The position numbers were made by a program, and so were the translations under genes. From Podarcis cretensis (lineage: Eukaryota): a stretch of 64,000 nt of DNA. The first letter of the stretch is position 1, and every line of letters starts with the position of its first letter. Shown piece by piece: positions 1-12,010 of the stretch. Under the pieces are notes generated by a model. It was not told the origin of the DNA, made no database searches, and was given only the letters and a program-made list of their open reading frames with translations. Location: assembly GCA_951804945.1 (NCBI GenBank), contig OX638155.1, forward strand, positions 29,450,001 through 29,514,000, given 5' to 3'.

Positions 1-794
1 AAGGGTGGTTTTGTTTTGTTTTTTTAAAAAACTAGATAAAAAGCAGGCTGTCCCAAAAAAGAAAGAAAGAAAGAAAAAAGTTTCTGTGCAACGTTAAGCT
101 TTACTTACCCTTTAATAAGAAACTGATTTCTTCTTGAGTTAAAAGTGGCTTATCGTTGCCCTCTTAATAAGAAATCAACTGAAGGCAGCAGAAGCCAAGA
201 TAATAACAAAACAAAACAAAAATCGCCATATTTGTGCTATCACAATGTATCACCAGTATTAAATGCTCTGTGCATGGCTTCTAAATGCATTTAAAACGCT
301 AAAACTCAAAGGACAATTTAAAAAGGAAGAACTGTGAATGAAACAATGACAAGGTGGCAATTTTGCATGCAGAAAGTGCTTGCTTCAATGCTGAGGCTAA
401 AACCCCAGAAGGCCACTGCCAATCCATAGGAAACTGAGTTTGCAACTTCCTTCCAGCACATGCATGCAGCCTCCTCCCTCCTCCCTCCCCCCTTTTCTCA
501 AGCACACACCACTATATATTCCTCACCTCTTCCCTCCCTCTTTCTCTCAGAATTCAGATGCCCCCTCAAAAGAACACATTTCCCCATGGAACACATTGCT
601 CCTTCCTAATCCCAAACTGAAGTTGTTCACGCAGACGATAAATAGAAATGAATGAATAGACAACTTTCTTACTATATGTGTGGCAGGAGCACAAACACAC
701 AACAAGTGACATCAAGCAGAACATGACCATATTTCTCCTAACACAGCAACAATTCTCTTTCTCCCAGATCTGCTCCAAAAGGTCCCCTAACATT

Positions 795-885
795 TATTTT
801 TAATATGTATTTTGTGGTTTTATATCTTGATTTTATTCTGTGAACCGCCCTGAGACCTCCGGTTTTAGGGCGGTATATGAATTCT
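795..885 (+). mobile_element. 3' tail of an L2-type LINE
   Basis: T-rich 3'UTR, then an 8-bp stem accgccct(844-851)/agggcggt(867-874) followed by atatgaat; a typical squamate L2-type terminus. Confidence 0.6.
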
Positions 886-1021
886 TTACTACGGAGACTG
901 ATTTGTGTAGAATGCTATCAAGTGACTAGTGCAGAATGATCCTGAATACACTGTACAATGGCCTATGGTCATTTGGCTATAACAATTACATCACATTAGA
1001 AATCAGAATGTTGGGACTTAC

Positions 1022-1228
1022 CTCTACAATAGCACCACTAGGCAGTCTAAGGAAGTGCCTGTACAGTTCTTGGAAGCCCCCAAGATGAACTGTGTATATA
1101 GATACATGAACAGTGACCCCTCCTGAGCTTCCAATAGATTTCAAGATTTCATTTGGGAGATGGAGGCCAGTATTGGAGACACCAGACTTATTAGCATGGT
1201 CTTTCCAGATATAATCACAGACAATGAC
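1022..1228 (-). CDS. OFCC1: OFCC1 coding exon (207 nt, phase 0-0): VIVCDYIWKDHANKSGVSNTGLHLPNEILKSIGSSGGVTVHVSIYTVHLGGFQELYRHFLRLPSGAIVE
   Basis: Minus-strand acceptor ccttcactAG at 1229-1230 and donor GAG|gtaagt at 1016-1021. 69 open codons continue in frame from the 25244-25403 exon. Peptide matches the OFCC1 C-terminal motif VxVxDYIW...HVSxYTV...FQELYRHFLRLPxGAIxE as recalled. Not in the ORF track. Confidence 0.9.
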
Positions 1229-1962
1229 CTAGTGAAGGAGAGATCATATGGTTATTTCATTTCTGCCATGAGCTTGGTCCCTATTCAGCTATTTTACCTT
1301 ATTCAAATTAATTTAATTTTTAAAAGAAACTCAGATCAATAAGATTCATCCTACAAAAGACATACCACAGGCAAAATTAATCATATTCATTATACTTGAA
1401 ATTGCAAAGTATACATGCCTGTCAAGGCAAATAAATAAATGTGATATACAACATTAGCAAACATTATAGATTGACTGGAGTCAGGCATCTCATTTATTTA
1501 TTTATTTCTTTATTTATTTTTGAAGTTAATACAAGTTGCCTAGCTGTGTTTTAATGCTGAAATACATTACAGCAGGGAACTGAAATGTGATAATTTTAGC
1601 AAAGCTGTAAATCTCATAATCAGCTTTGCATATGAGCAATCAGAAAACTTGCAGGATCTCGGTTTCTAAGGCTGCCAAACTTTATTTCTCAAAGTACCAA
1701 GCATAAGAACGGAAATTGCCCACTTTGCTCTGATAGTTGGATTTTGAAGACATGATGCATACAAATCTGTTAGTGATAATGTTTCAGATTCTTGGAAATT
1801 GTGGTTAAAAATATAACCTTGAAGCTCTGGTTTCTAAATATACATTTCACTTGAAGTGCATTTTGGGATATCCATTTTGCCCACTCAATTATATGTAATG
1901 ATATTACTGAGCATTCTGTTGTTGCACTCTTTACAACAACCCTTGGAAGCAACCTAGTATTG

Positions 1963-2470
1963 CCATATTGGCCTGAATATAAGTCTCACTTTTCCCCCAA
2001 ATTCCAACCATGAAAAGTTAAAGTGTGGCTTATATTCGCGACCTTACGGTATGCAACCAGGAGCATGGGGCAAACAGCACCAGGAGCGTAGCAAAGTGGT
2101 GGCAGCCCTGTGCGTAGTCCCCCATCCTCTCCCCCAAGGCTGGGAAGGGAGAGAGCAAGGAAGGGGAAAGGCTGTTGGCAACACAGTGCGGCTCCCCACC
2201 CCCTGCCCAGTACGCAGCCAGAAGCAGTAAGAATTGGAGTGACTTATATTCAGGTATACTCGAAGCTACCAACATGAGTTTGACCAAACTGCGGGAGGCC
2301 GTGGAAGACAGGAGTGCCTGGCGTGCTATGGTGCATGGGGTCACAAAGAGTCGGACACGGCTAAACAACAACAACAACATTCGGGTATTATTTCTTTTTT
2401 TCTCTTTTCCCCCTCCAATTTTAAAGGTGTGGCTTATATTCAGGTGCAGCTTATATTCGGGCCAATATGG
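1963..2470. mobile_element. Tc1/mariner (Tc2/pogo-like) MITE containing a Bov-B insertion
   Basis: 21-bp TIRs ccatattggcctgaatataag (1963-1983) / cttatattcgggccaatatgg (2450-2470), 1 mismatch. Internal repeats of cttatattc. Confidence 0.75.
2259..2378 (+). mobile_element. Bov-B (RTE) LINE 3' fragment
   Basis: LEATNMSLTKLREAVEDRSAWRAMVHGVTKSRTRL plus (CAA)n tail. TSD attc(a/g)ggtat at 2248-2257 and 2379-2388. Confidence 0.93.
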
Positions 2471-3777
2471 TGTTATCCCTATATTGGAGATGGTAGCGTA
2501 AGAGTAGTTTGCCTAGAGGAGGGGTAGGGAGCCTCAGGCATGAGGGCCAAATGCAACACCCTATGGCCTATCTATCTGTCTCATGTGACTCTCCCCAAGT
2601 CACATCCCCTTCCCAACAATGCTTCCTCTCCTCAGGCCACATTTCATAACTGTTCCCTCACCAGAAAGGGATTGATTCTTTGGGAGAAGCCATTATTGTT
2701 TTAAGTAGTATGGTACTGCTTTAACTGTGTAGTCCATAGGTTGAGATCACACACATTCCTGCATAAGAGCAAGCCCCACTGAACTCAGTAGGATTTACTT
2801 AGCAGACCCGCATAGGCTTACATTGTGAATATCCTTGCAGCTGCAGAATAGGTAGGAAGAAGAAGAAAATATTTATTTCCCAGAAAGGGCACAACTATTC
2901 ATTTCAAACAACCTTCCTTTTCTAAACAGGAGTATGAAATCCACTGTAAACTGAGAAATGTGTCTTTTGGAATATCTTTAAAGTGATATGTCCATTCAGT
3001 ATTGAATAATTCAGAATGCATATCTGTTAAGGAGTAGAATGCTTTATCTCTAATGTGCCCTGAATAACCTGAAGTAAGTGCCAAGCAGAAGACTCTGCTG
3101 TCATCTGAAATCTCTGTTGTGAAGTTAATCAAAAACGTCCATTCATCTCCTCATAGGCCAAATGTGGCTTCATAAATCTGCTGAGACAGACTAGTCAAGA
3201 GACAGTGCATATAGGACATGTCAGAGGCATTGAAGACAGCTATGATCTAGATTCACAAGAGCTGACAAGAGACCACAAAATGCCAGTACAGCATCCCGTA
3301 ATCCTAAAGTGAAATCCATCTTTCAGCAGAAAAACAAATTAAGGGCAATAATTCGGTGATAAGAGGCAGGCCAGAACAGGTTCAAAACGCTGAATATTTC
3401 ACAGGGTTGTTTAATTAAAACAGAAGCATGATGCTTTTAATTGCTCTGCAGCAGTTCAGCCTGAAATTAAGCCTGATGTGAATGCACTTGCAGTTGATTT
3501 AAGTTGTTATAATTGCAAAATATTACAAGGAATGAACACCAAGATAACACTCGAATGGGGCTTTCTAGTGCAAATCTTCTCTTCTCGGCTCTGTGCCAAT
3601 TTGTGAGGGAAGAGGTGAGAGAAAGGATCGTAAATGTCAACCTGCCCACATTCTTTAGCAAGCCTCACATGGATTTAAATTTCAGCTCCCGAATGTGATG
3701 CATTTTCCCACACCAACAACATTTTGGTAGTCATTGTTTCCTTCATGGTGGTGGGGGGGGGAGTCATTTAGGGAATA

Positions 3778-3982
3778 CAGTGGTACCTCAGGTTACATAC
3801 GCTTCGAGTAACAGTACCTCGGGTTAAGAACTTTGCTTCAGGATGAGAAGAGAAATCGTGCTCTGGCAGTGCGGCAGCAGCAGGAGGCCCCATTAGCTAA
3901 AGTGGTGCTTCAGGTTAAGAACAGTTTCAGGTTAAGAACGGCCCTCCGGAACGAATTAAGTACTTAACCTGAGGTACCACTG
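3778..3982. mobile_element. Tigger/pogo-like MITE
   Basis: Perfect 18-bp TIR cagtggtacctcaggtta and TA TSD. Confidence 0.9.
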
Positions 3983-4320
3983 TACATAAAAGGTTGGGAG
4001 ATTTCATTCCATGCATGCTAAATACAAGAGAGCATTTAGCAGTTTCAGAAGGTCCTATGGCAGAGTAGAAAGTAGGTTCCCTTCTCCATTCCAAGAGAGA
4101 GTTTTGGTGGGAAGCCTTCAAGTGCTCTTTGTCCTAGTTTACTAGATTCTTTCCAGACCACCTGAAATTTCCACACGCTCCATATGACCTTTTAAACTAA
4201 GGTGTTCAATCAAGGTTTAAACCAAGGGGAAGCTACCATATGGTGGCAGAATAGTGTTCTCTGGCCACACACCCCTTCTCCATTGTTGCTCCACTTGGTC
4301 TCAAAGCCAAGATCCACTTA

Positions 4321-4494
4321 CAGTGGAACCTTGGTTTTTGAATTTCATCCATTCCAGGAGCCATTCAACTCCCAAAACTGTTCGAAAACTGAGGCACAGC
4401 TTCTGATTGGCTGCAGGAGCTTCCTGCACTCAAGTGGAAACTGCACTGGATGTTTGGCTTCTGAAAAACATTCAAGAACTGGAAGGTACGACTG
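4321..4494. mobile_element. Tigger/pogo-like MITE (internally deleted)
   Basis: TA-cagtggaacctt ... aaggtacgactg-TA termini. Confidence 0.75.
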
Positions 4495-5079
4495 TATTTC
4501 CCCTTGAAGCATAAAAAGCAGAACATGGTGGCTTTGAGCAAATGAGCTTCCTGATGCTACTTATTCTGGATTCGCTTGACTTAGTCACCTTGGGAACTTA
4601 TTTGAAGGGCAGGGAAAACATTTCCCTGTGTGAAATAAATAAATCGTGTATTGCCAGATACCTTTATCAATCCCAAGCAAGAGTTCAGCGTTTGAATTCC
4701 TTCTACTCACTGCAGATAGGTACTCATGCAAACAGCACACATATATCTGAGAAACGGCACAATTTTTCTGCAGGAAATTTCTCTGCAGGTTCCAAGCTCT
4801 CAGGTTTAGCCACAGGCAAATAAAAATGTGTGCTTATTTGATAATATTTATTTATTCGCAACTTTAAACGTTTCAGTCACATTCCCAAGGATCAGAAGTA
4901 CAACCTCACGAATGAGGGCCTAAAATTACGAAACGTGGGTGGTGCGTGATGCAGGGCAAATGAGCTTTTGCAATTTGTGTACTCAGTTCCGTTCTTCAAC
5001 TATGTGCTGTGTGAAGAAACATTTCCTTTTGTCTGTCCTGAATTTTCCTACATCCCATTTCATTGCTCATCCCCCCACC

Positions 5080-5351
5080 CCAACACCAGGTTATTTATGA
5101 ACAAGTTAAAAAGTACGATTTCTAAGAGTGATCCTTGAGGAATCCCACTTCTTACACCACTGCGCTGTTAGAACTGTCCTTTTATTCCTCCACTGTTTCT
5201 CATTCTTTTACCACTTACCCTCTCCCCTTATCCAGTGACTGCTAAGGTTACTCACAAATATTGGGTGGGAGATTGTCTCAAAACCTTTCTGAAAGTCTAA
5301 GTACACCATGTTGATGGGCTCACCCTTATCCATACACTCTCAAAGAACTCT
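5080..5351 (-). mobile_element. Degenerate CR1 LINE RT fragment
   Basis: Reverse strand reads remnants of EFFE...DKGEP..VYLDFQK.F...SGIPQGS with frameshifts. Confidence 0.75.
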
Positions 5352-5508
5352 AAAAAAAAAAAAAATTAAGCAGGACTTGACCAGTGTCCAAATCCACACT
5401 GAGCCCAAATATTTCCCTGCCCTACCAGCTTTGATCAATGCCACATTCTAAAATACCAAGAAGTAAGATTTTCAGGCTATTAAGAAACCATCCATAAACC
5501 AGGAATAT

Positions 5509-5840
5509 TAGACCCTCCAAGTGTCCTTATTTTCCAGGGACGGTCCCTGAATTACAGAAGCTGTCTCAGTTTCTGATTTGATCTTGGAATGTCTCACTTT
5601 TCCTTAGGACGTCCCTATTTCCATCGAAAAAAAATTGGAGGGTATGGTAGGATGTCCCTATTTTCATGCTGGAGAGTATGGATGCGACTCCAAGCCAAGG
5701 AGATAAGTAACTATGCAAATTTTAGAAGACATCTGAAAGCAGCCCTGTGTAGAGAATTTTTTTTAAAAAATGTTTAATGTTTTATTATGTTTTTATATGT
5801 GTTGGAGTGGCTGGGGCAACCTAGTCAGATGGGTGGGGTA

Positions 5841-5894
<54 letters not shown>

Positions 5895-5970
5895 ATTATT
5901 ATTAATAATAATAGTAATAATAATAATATAGGAAATCCCTATTTTCATTGGAGAAATGTTGGAGGGTACG
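5509..5970. mobile_element. Composite non-autonomous DNA element carrying an L2-type tail and (ATT)n
   Basis: TIR core accctccaa (5512-5520) / ttggagggt (5959-5967), flanked by gaatat (5503-5508 and 5971-5976). gtccc/gggac subterminal motifs. Confidence 0.65.
5840..5928. repeat. (ATT)n/(AAT)n microsatellite
   Basis: Visible directly; explains the poly-Ile ORF 5787..6014. Confidence 0.95.
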
Positions 5971-6609
5971 GAATATCCTTTTGTGAAGACCCTGACTTCC
6001 TTTTAGCCTGCTAATTGAAGCCATAGTAATATGCCCATTTGTGCTAATACAGACAGCAAAATTTGCCGCAAGAGTACCTTTAGGTTTTGTGAATGAGGTG
6101 AGTCTGTTTGTGCTTTCTGAGTCTAAACTGCTTTATCCACTTTGCAACTGCTATCTCCAATATACGCTGGAGGGGAGAAAATGTTATCTCTGTATTCAAT
6201 ATGCTTGATTTGCAGGGAAACACACACACATAACTGTTCTAGCATTATTCTAACCAACTGCCTGTTAGAGCAATGCCCTTTATTAGTGGAGTGCACTTTC
6301 AGTAATGACTCTGTACAAGACAGCAAAAGATCACTGGCTGGTAAATGTCTGTGAATTCCATTTCCCACTGGAAACAAAACCCATTCTGAGCCACCAGCCA
6401 ACAGAGTCTCCTCCAGCTGCTGGAGAAGAAGGAAACAAAAGTGATTATTTATGAAGAGTGGCAAAATAAGATCCCAAGGAAGCCTGTCATAAAATGCTTG
6501 TTGCATAATACATGATGGATCAGTTCTATTATGTAACTTTCCCAAAGATATAACAATAAAGAGAGTTGCTAAGCATCATAGTCAGCATTAATTTACAGTA
6601 GGAAAAATA

Positions 6610-6738
6610 NNNNNNNNNNNNNNNNNNNNNNNNNNNNNNNNNNNNNNNNNNNNNNNNNNNNNNNNNNNNNNNNNNNNNNNNNNNNNNNNNNNNNNNNNNN
6701 NNNNNNNNNNNNNNNNNNNNNNNNNNNNNNNNNNNNNN
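6610..6738. other. Assembly gap (129 N)
   Basis: Run of N. Confidence 1.
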
Positions 6739-7136
6739 GGGACATAATAGGTTATTTATGTGTCATTTTAATAGAAAGGCCCAACCATCAAGATGGACAG
6801 GAGACTTTATCAGGACTGCTGTTTGCAACTAATCCACCAATTTAATACCCCAGGAAAATACCTGAGACAAAACTGGTCCATTTTTCTTATACACTCCATT
6901 ATACCCAAATCAATATGGGCTCTATTCATCTCCAATCCTTAGCTCGGCAGGTGCCCATCACACTGCACCCCTCCCTCTCGACTCAAAAGGCGAGCAATGC
7001 TGGTTTGCATTCTAAGTCTGCGGTTCAAGCACTGGAAGTGAATGCAGAAAGAAGAGCTGAATAACTTGGGTCGATCCATGCACAACTGGGAAATTAGGGG
7101 TGGATTATGAAGGAGACATATACAGCTCAAAAGGAT

Positions 7137-7253
7137 CAGGTAGGAGGCAATAAGAAAGGTCTATGCTAAGACCCCAGAGAGCTGCTGCCAGTCGGAGAAG
7201 ACAATATTAGGCTAGATGGACAATAAACTGATACGGTGTAAGGCTGCTTCCTA
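7137..7253 (+). mobile_element. 3' part of a tRNA-Ala-type squamate SINE (same family as 62470)
   Basis: gagagctgctgccagtc...ctagatggac...gcttccta matches the tail of the 62470-62650 copy. Confidence 0.65.
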
Positions 7254-7359
7254 ACAGGTAATGCTGTTTTGACTCGTCCATCCCCATTCTGCTAGGCAGC
7301 AGTGACACCACTGCCAGGTGTGTGCCTCTACCACTCCTCATTACAATGTAATTATGGAG

Positions 7360-7495
7360 CAGGCATAGGCAAACTCGGCCCTCTATATGTTTTGGGACTA
7401 CAACTCCCATCATCCCTGACCACTGGTCCTGTTAGTTAGGGATGATGGGAGTTGTAGTCCCAAAACATCTGGAGGGCCGAGTTTGCCTATGCCTC
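7360..7495. mobile_element. hAT-type fold-back MITE
   Basis: Near-perfect palindrome, caggcataggcaaactcggccct...gactacaactcccatcatccct with its mirrored arm. Confidence 0.88.
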
Positions 7496-8477
7496 TTTTG
7501 AGCATTCTTTCTTAATTCTTTCTTAATCAAGATTCACAAACTTTGGACACGCTATGGCGGGACAGTATTTATCCAATGGGTAACGTTTACAATTCATTTG
7601 AAAAATTGGAGATGAACAGCAACAGCAACCAACAACAAGAACTCAGAGGGCAACTGAATCCAAATACATCTCTTTGTGCCTCTGCTCTCCATCAAAATCA
7701 TTATCAACCCAGCGGCTCTACTGCCTGAACTCAGCTACAATGGTTCAATCAATGTCAGGACATTGTGGGTGCTAGCTATTGGGGGGAAATGGCCTCGCAA
7801 TGTGTCATCTTGCGGTTTTCAGAGCTGATTCATCACAGGTCTTTCCCTGGCCATGCTATTTGGACACCTGGCTTTGAACATAAAGAGGGGGAGATTAGAA
7901 AAAGAAGGAAGAACAGCAGCCAATTCCTGTAGAAAAGTGCAATTTCATTTTGCAGGATTAATTAAAATGTGGGAGATCAACTGCAATGCGAGGGAAGGCG
8001 TGGACCTTTTGCCTGTGGATCAATGTTCTGTGAGATATATAACCCTCTCAAAAGCAAAATGGAATTCCTTCAAATTGTCTTGCTCACCAGGCTCTCTGTT
8101 TTGAAGCTATTTCTTTTAGTCAGTACCAGTTTTTTCCTTGCATGCAGTTTTCACTTCTAACTCAAAGTTTCCGTATGTTAAAATATATGAAATCAAAGGA
8201 CACTTCTAAAAACAACTATTCTTAAATAAGCATCTAACATAAAGCCTCCATCTGTCAATCACCTGCTGTCACAATGATGGCAGGTGAGCTGTTTCTGCCC
8301 ACATGCATGGCCATCTGATCTTCAAGACTCAGTAGCTGCATGGCACGTTGCAATCCCTGACAACCTAGTGCCTGCAAATCCGCTTTGGCCTAGTTGAATA
8401 TTTACCTCTCCCACACAGGTATGGCAGGGGCCATAGCATGGCTAAAATAGCCCTAGCTGCACCAATGACAACAAATA

Positions 8478-9063
8478 CAGGCGATCCTTGTTTTGCACAG
8501 GGGTTACATTCTCCACCATGGGACGCGGGTAGCACTGTGGGTTAAACCACAGAGCCTAGGACTTGCTGATCAGAAGGTTAGCGGTTTGAATCCCCGCGAC
8601 GGGGTGAGCTCCCGTTGCTCGGTCCCTGCTCCTGCCAACCTAGCAGTTCGAAAGCATGTCAAAGTACAAGTAGATAAATAGGTACCGCTCCGGTGGGAAG
8701 GTTAACAGTGTTTCCATGCACTGCTCTGGTTCGCCAGAAGCAGCTTAGTCATGCTGGCCACATGACCCGGAAGCTGTATGCCGGCTCCCTCGGCCAATAA
8801 AGCGAGATTAGCGCCGCAACCCCAGAGTCGGCCACGACTGGACCTAATGGTCAGGGGTCCCTTTACCTTACATTCTAGACCCTGTGCCTGTTGGCACAGC
8901 CCATGAAAAGTGTTCCACTCCACCTCTGTTCTGCCCCCATCCCACCCTTTCAGTGATGACTTAGTGGTTTTTTAGTGACTTTGGGGGGCACTTTGAGGTT
9001 TGGCGCCATGCATGTGTGTGCGTTAGCAAATCAATCAGTCATGTCTAAACCAAGAGTTGCCTG
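8478..9063. mobile_element. Old Tigger-like element interrupted by a Sauria SINE
   Basis: TA-caggcgatccttg ... caagagttgcctg-TA; related to 53264-53470. Confidence 0.6.
8520..8867 (+). mobile_element. Sauria SINE, subfamily I
   Basis: gggacgcgggt head with Pol III A/B boxes, Bov-B-like 3' stem, ctttacct tail; TSD core ttacattct. Confidence 0.95.
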
Positions 9064-10014
9064 TATACATGCTTATTTCCTTGGCCTGTACATTGCCTGC
9101 AATTGGTACAAACAAATTAGTGTCAGCTTTGGCAAGCAAAAATGCCGTTAGATATGTTGCAGCGATAGGAGTCATAAAAGCAAAGGTTTTTTTTAAAAAA
9201 ACTCTTACTGATGAATATATTTCCTTACCAGTTGCATGAATTTGAATAATATTCTTTTAGCAGGTAATTATTCATGCACAGCTTCTCCTACTTGTACCGT
9301 TTATTCAAGGTGTCCTATTAAAGCGGTTGTTGGTACGTTGGCTTGATTTTGGAAAGGGGCTAGCAAATTCAGGAAGGAACTGAAAATCACTTCAAGACAG
9401 ATCCTTTTAATCAATCTCAGGCTTGCAGGAGTGAGGATTTATGAGGGTCTTTCACCCCTAGGTGTGATGCTAGTAACATAATCCAATGTAACTGTTAACG
9501 TTTGCATCTGGGCATCCACTGGAGAACCAAACCATAGCCGCGGAGCTAAAGAAGGCAAAAGGCATAACTTCAAGTGTTAATTGTTTGAGACTCTTATACG
9601 AAACATTCACAAACTACATGGGCTCAAGTGCTGTGGAGGCTACAGTGATGGGAAAACTAGGCCTTAATTAACTCCTGGGGTAATTTACAAGTATGCACAC
9701 CACACTAGTTGCTGGGCTTGCTAACAAGACCCTTGATCGATGGCATGTGTTCAGGAAGGGGGCTGAAATGTGGAAAATAATAGGGGGAGGGGATTGAGGG
9801 AACAGATAGGAACAAACTGAGGACCCAAAGCTCAAGGGGAAACCATGTTTGTGGAGGGGGGAAGAAAAAGGTTTCCACTTGCATATCCCCCTCAGCTTCA
9901 CCATTTTGTCTTCTCAAACACTGGCATCACATATGCGGGACAATGTTCATGGATATCTGATTCACACAATTGTTTCCGAAATGGTTCTTTCCATTCCTTT
10001 TCATAAAGCTTTTT

Positions 10015-10165
10015 GTGGCAGCAAGTTTGGCATAGTGGTTAGAATGTGAAGGCTAGAAACAACCCTATGAAACAACTTCATAGGGTTGTTTTTGAGAATA
10101 AGATGAGAAGGCAGAATGTATTCTGCCTTGAGCTCTTTGGAGGAATGGCACAATATAAAGGTAAC
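10015..10165 (+). mobile_element. MIR/Ther1-derived (Squam3-like) SINE, degenerate
   Basis: A-box ggcatagtggttaga, core tcatagggttgtt, tail gccttgagctctttggagga. Confidence 0.6.
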
Positions 10166-10196
10166 AGGTACATGCATACACACATATAATGTATAC

Positions 10197-10332
10197 CAGG
10201 CATCCCCAAACTCAGCCCTCTTGCTGTTTTGGAACTACAATTCCCATCATTCCTGACCACTGATCCTGTTAGCTAGGGATGGTGGGAGTTGTAATCCCAA
10301 AACAGTTGGAGGGCCGAGTTTGGGGATGCCTG
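10197..10332. mobile_element. hAT-type fold-back MITE
   Basis: TIR caggcatccccaaactc / gagtttggggatgcctg; 8-bp TSD at(g/a)tatac. Confidence 0.92.
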
Positions 10333-10502
10333 ATATATACACATTCCTTACCCAGTTTTGGAACTGTGGTAGAATCCAGATGTAACCAGTTGACTACAAG
10401 CATTTAACAGCCTGGACAAGAAGAAAGCGGGTGGCCTACAGTTCTGAATCAACTCTAAGCCCTTCCATAAAGCTCACCAAATCTCATTTGCAGGGCTGTC
10501 CT

Positions 10503-10761
10503 ATGGAAGTTGGAGCAAGTTTGTTTTCTCCTGCTCTGGGGGCTAGGACTTGAACCAGTGGCTTCAAGTTACAAGAAAGGAGATTACAACTAAACCTCAT
10601 GAAGAACTTTCCGACAGTAAGGGCAGTAAGAGTTTGACAGTGGATCGGTCTTCCTCAGGAGGTTGTGGATTCTCCTTCCCTGGAGGTTTTTAAGCAGAGG
10701 TTGGATGGTCATGGCTGCTTTAGCTGAGATGCCTGCATCGCAGGGGGTTGGACTAGATGAC
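10503..10761 (+). mobile_element. CR1 LINE 3' fragment
   Basis: Homologous to 46660-47280 (ttcaagttacaagaaaggagatt ... agggggttggactagatgac). Confidence 0.85.
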
Positions 10762-10839
10762 ATTGAACTAGATGGCATGTTTGTACCGAAGTGAATCCCA
10801 CAGAACCCAGCGGGATTTACTCTCTATTAATAATGTTCA

Positions 10840-11179
10840 GGACGCGGGTGGTGCTGTGGGTTAAACCACAGAGCCTAGGACTTGCCGATCAGAAGGTCGG
10901 CGGTTCGAATCCCCGTGATGGGGTGAGCTTCCATTGCTCAGTCCCTGCTCCTGCCAACCTAGCAGTTTGAAAGCACGTCAAAGTGCAAGTAGATAAATAG
11001 GTACCGCTCCAGCGGGAAGGTAAACGGCGTTTCCGTGCGCTGGTCTGGTTTGCCAGAAGTGGCTTAGTCATGCTGGCCACATGACCCGGAAGCTGTACAC
11101 CGGCTCCCTCGGCCAATAAAGCGAGATGGGCACCGCAACCCCAGAGTCAGCCACGACTGGACCTAATGGTCAGGGGTCC
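10840..11179 (+). mobile_element. Sauria SINE, subfamily I, tail-less
   Basis: Perfect 15-bp TSD ttaataatgttcagg (10827-10841 and 11180-11194). Confidence 0.95.
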
Positions 11180-12010
11180 TTAATAATGTTCAGGGTTGTA
11201 GGCTAAGGCTGCCAGTCTAGGCACACTTAGCTAAGGAGGAAGCCTCATTAAACACAATGGACTTACATCTGAGGCAACCTACACAGAACTGCACTCCATT
11301 TGCCATAGTCTAATGCCTTTATTAAACTGTCTAGGAACAAGGTAAATTAAAGGGGAATGGTACCAATTCAATTCATTCATTCATTTAAATGAAGCTGATG
11401 AGCTTTGAGTGAAATTTTTCCTGCCCTGGAAAGGCAGGAGTTCTACTTTGAATTTACTGCCAAGCCTGTCAGAATAAAGTGTATCACCCCTTTGCTTCTT
11501 TTATTTTTCTTGCAGAACAAAATGTGGGGTGTTTTATGCATTCGAGTAGAACAGCTTGTTTATTCCAGCTGTTTAATATTTGTCAGGGGACCTACCAACC
11601 TCAGGCAACTTTTTCAAGGTTCATTAAACCCAGACCACAGACAAAACCTGCAGACTCATGTTAAGCCCACCTAACCCTTTGGACAGCTGCAAGGCAAGGC
11701 GTGTGGAATGTAGTCACTAATCTGAATAATGCTCCTGAATGAGATCTTACACTGTGTATTCTCCTTGCTTGTTTCAATACAAATATGGGAGCTTGCTTAC
11801 CCAGGTAACTTCCTCTGAAATATTGTCATGGTGAAATTGTCAAAAGAACAAATGCAGTCTAATGCAATGGTTAAGCAGGCTAAAAGATAAGGTTGAAACT
11901 GGAAGCTAAAATCCTAATGTGACTTTTCATTATTACAAAGTGACCCTCTCTTTTTGCTTCATACTCTCATCTTTGAATGAAGGACTATAATGAAGGAGTG
12001 GAAATGAAAG

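Larger units (their letters stand above)
1925..2520 (-). mobile_element. Old MIR/Ther1-type (Squam3-like) SINE fragment split by a MITE
   Basis: Flanks ttacaacaaccct...tagtatt and ttatccctatattggagatg join into the reverse MIR-core motif. Confidence 0.45.

Noticed and set aside
5787-6014. Poly-Ile/Asn ORF
   Set aside because: Translation of the (ATT)n microsatellite.
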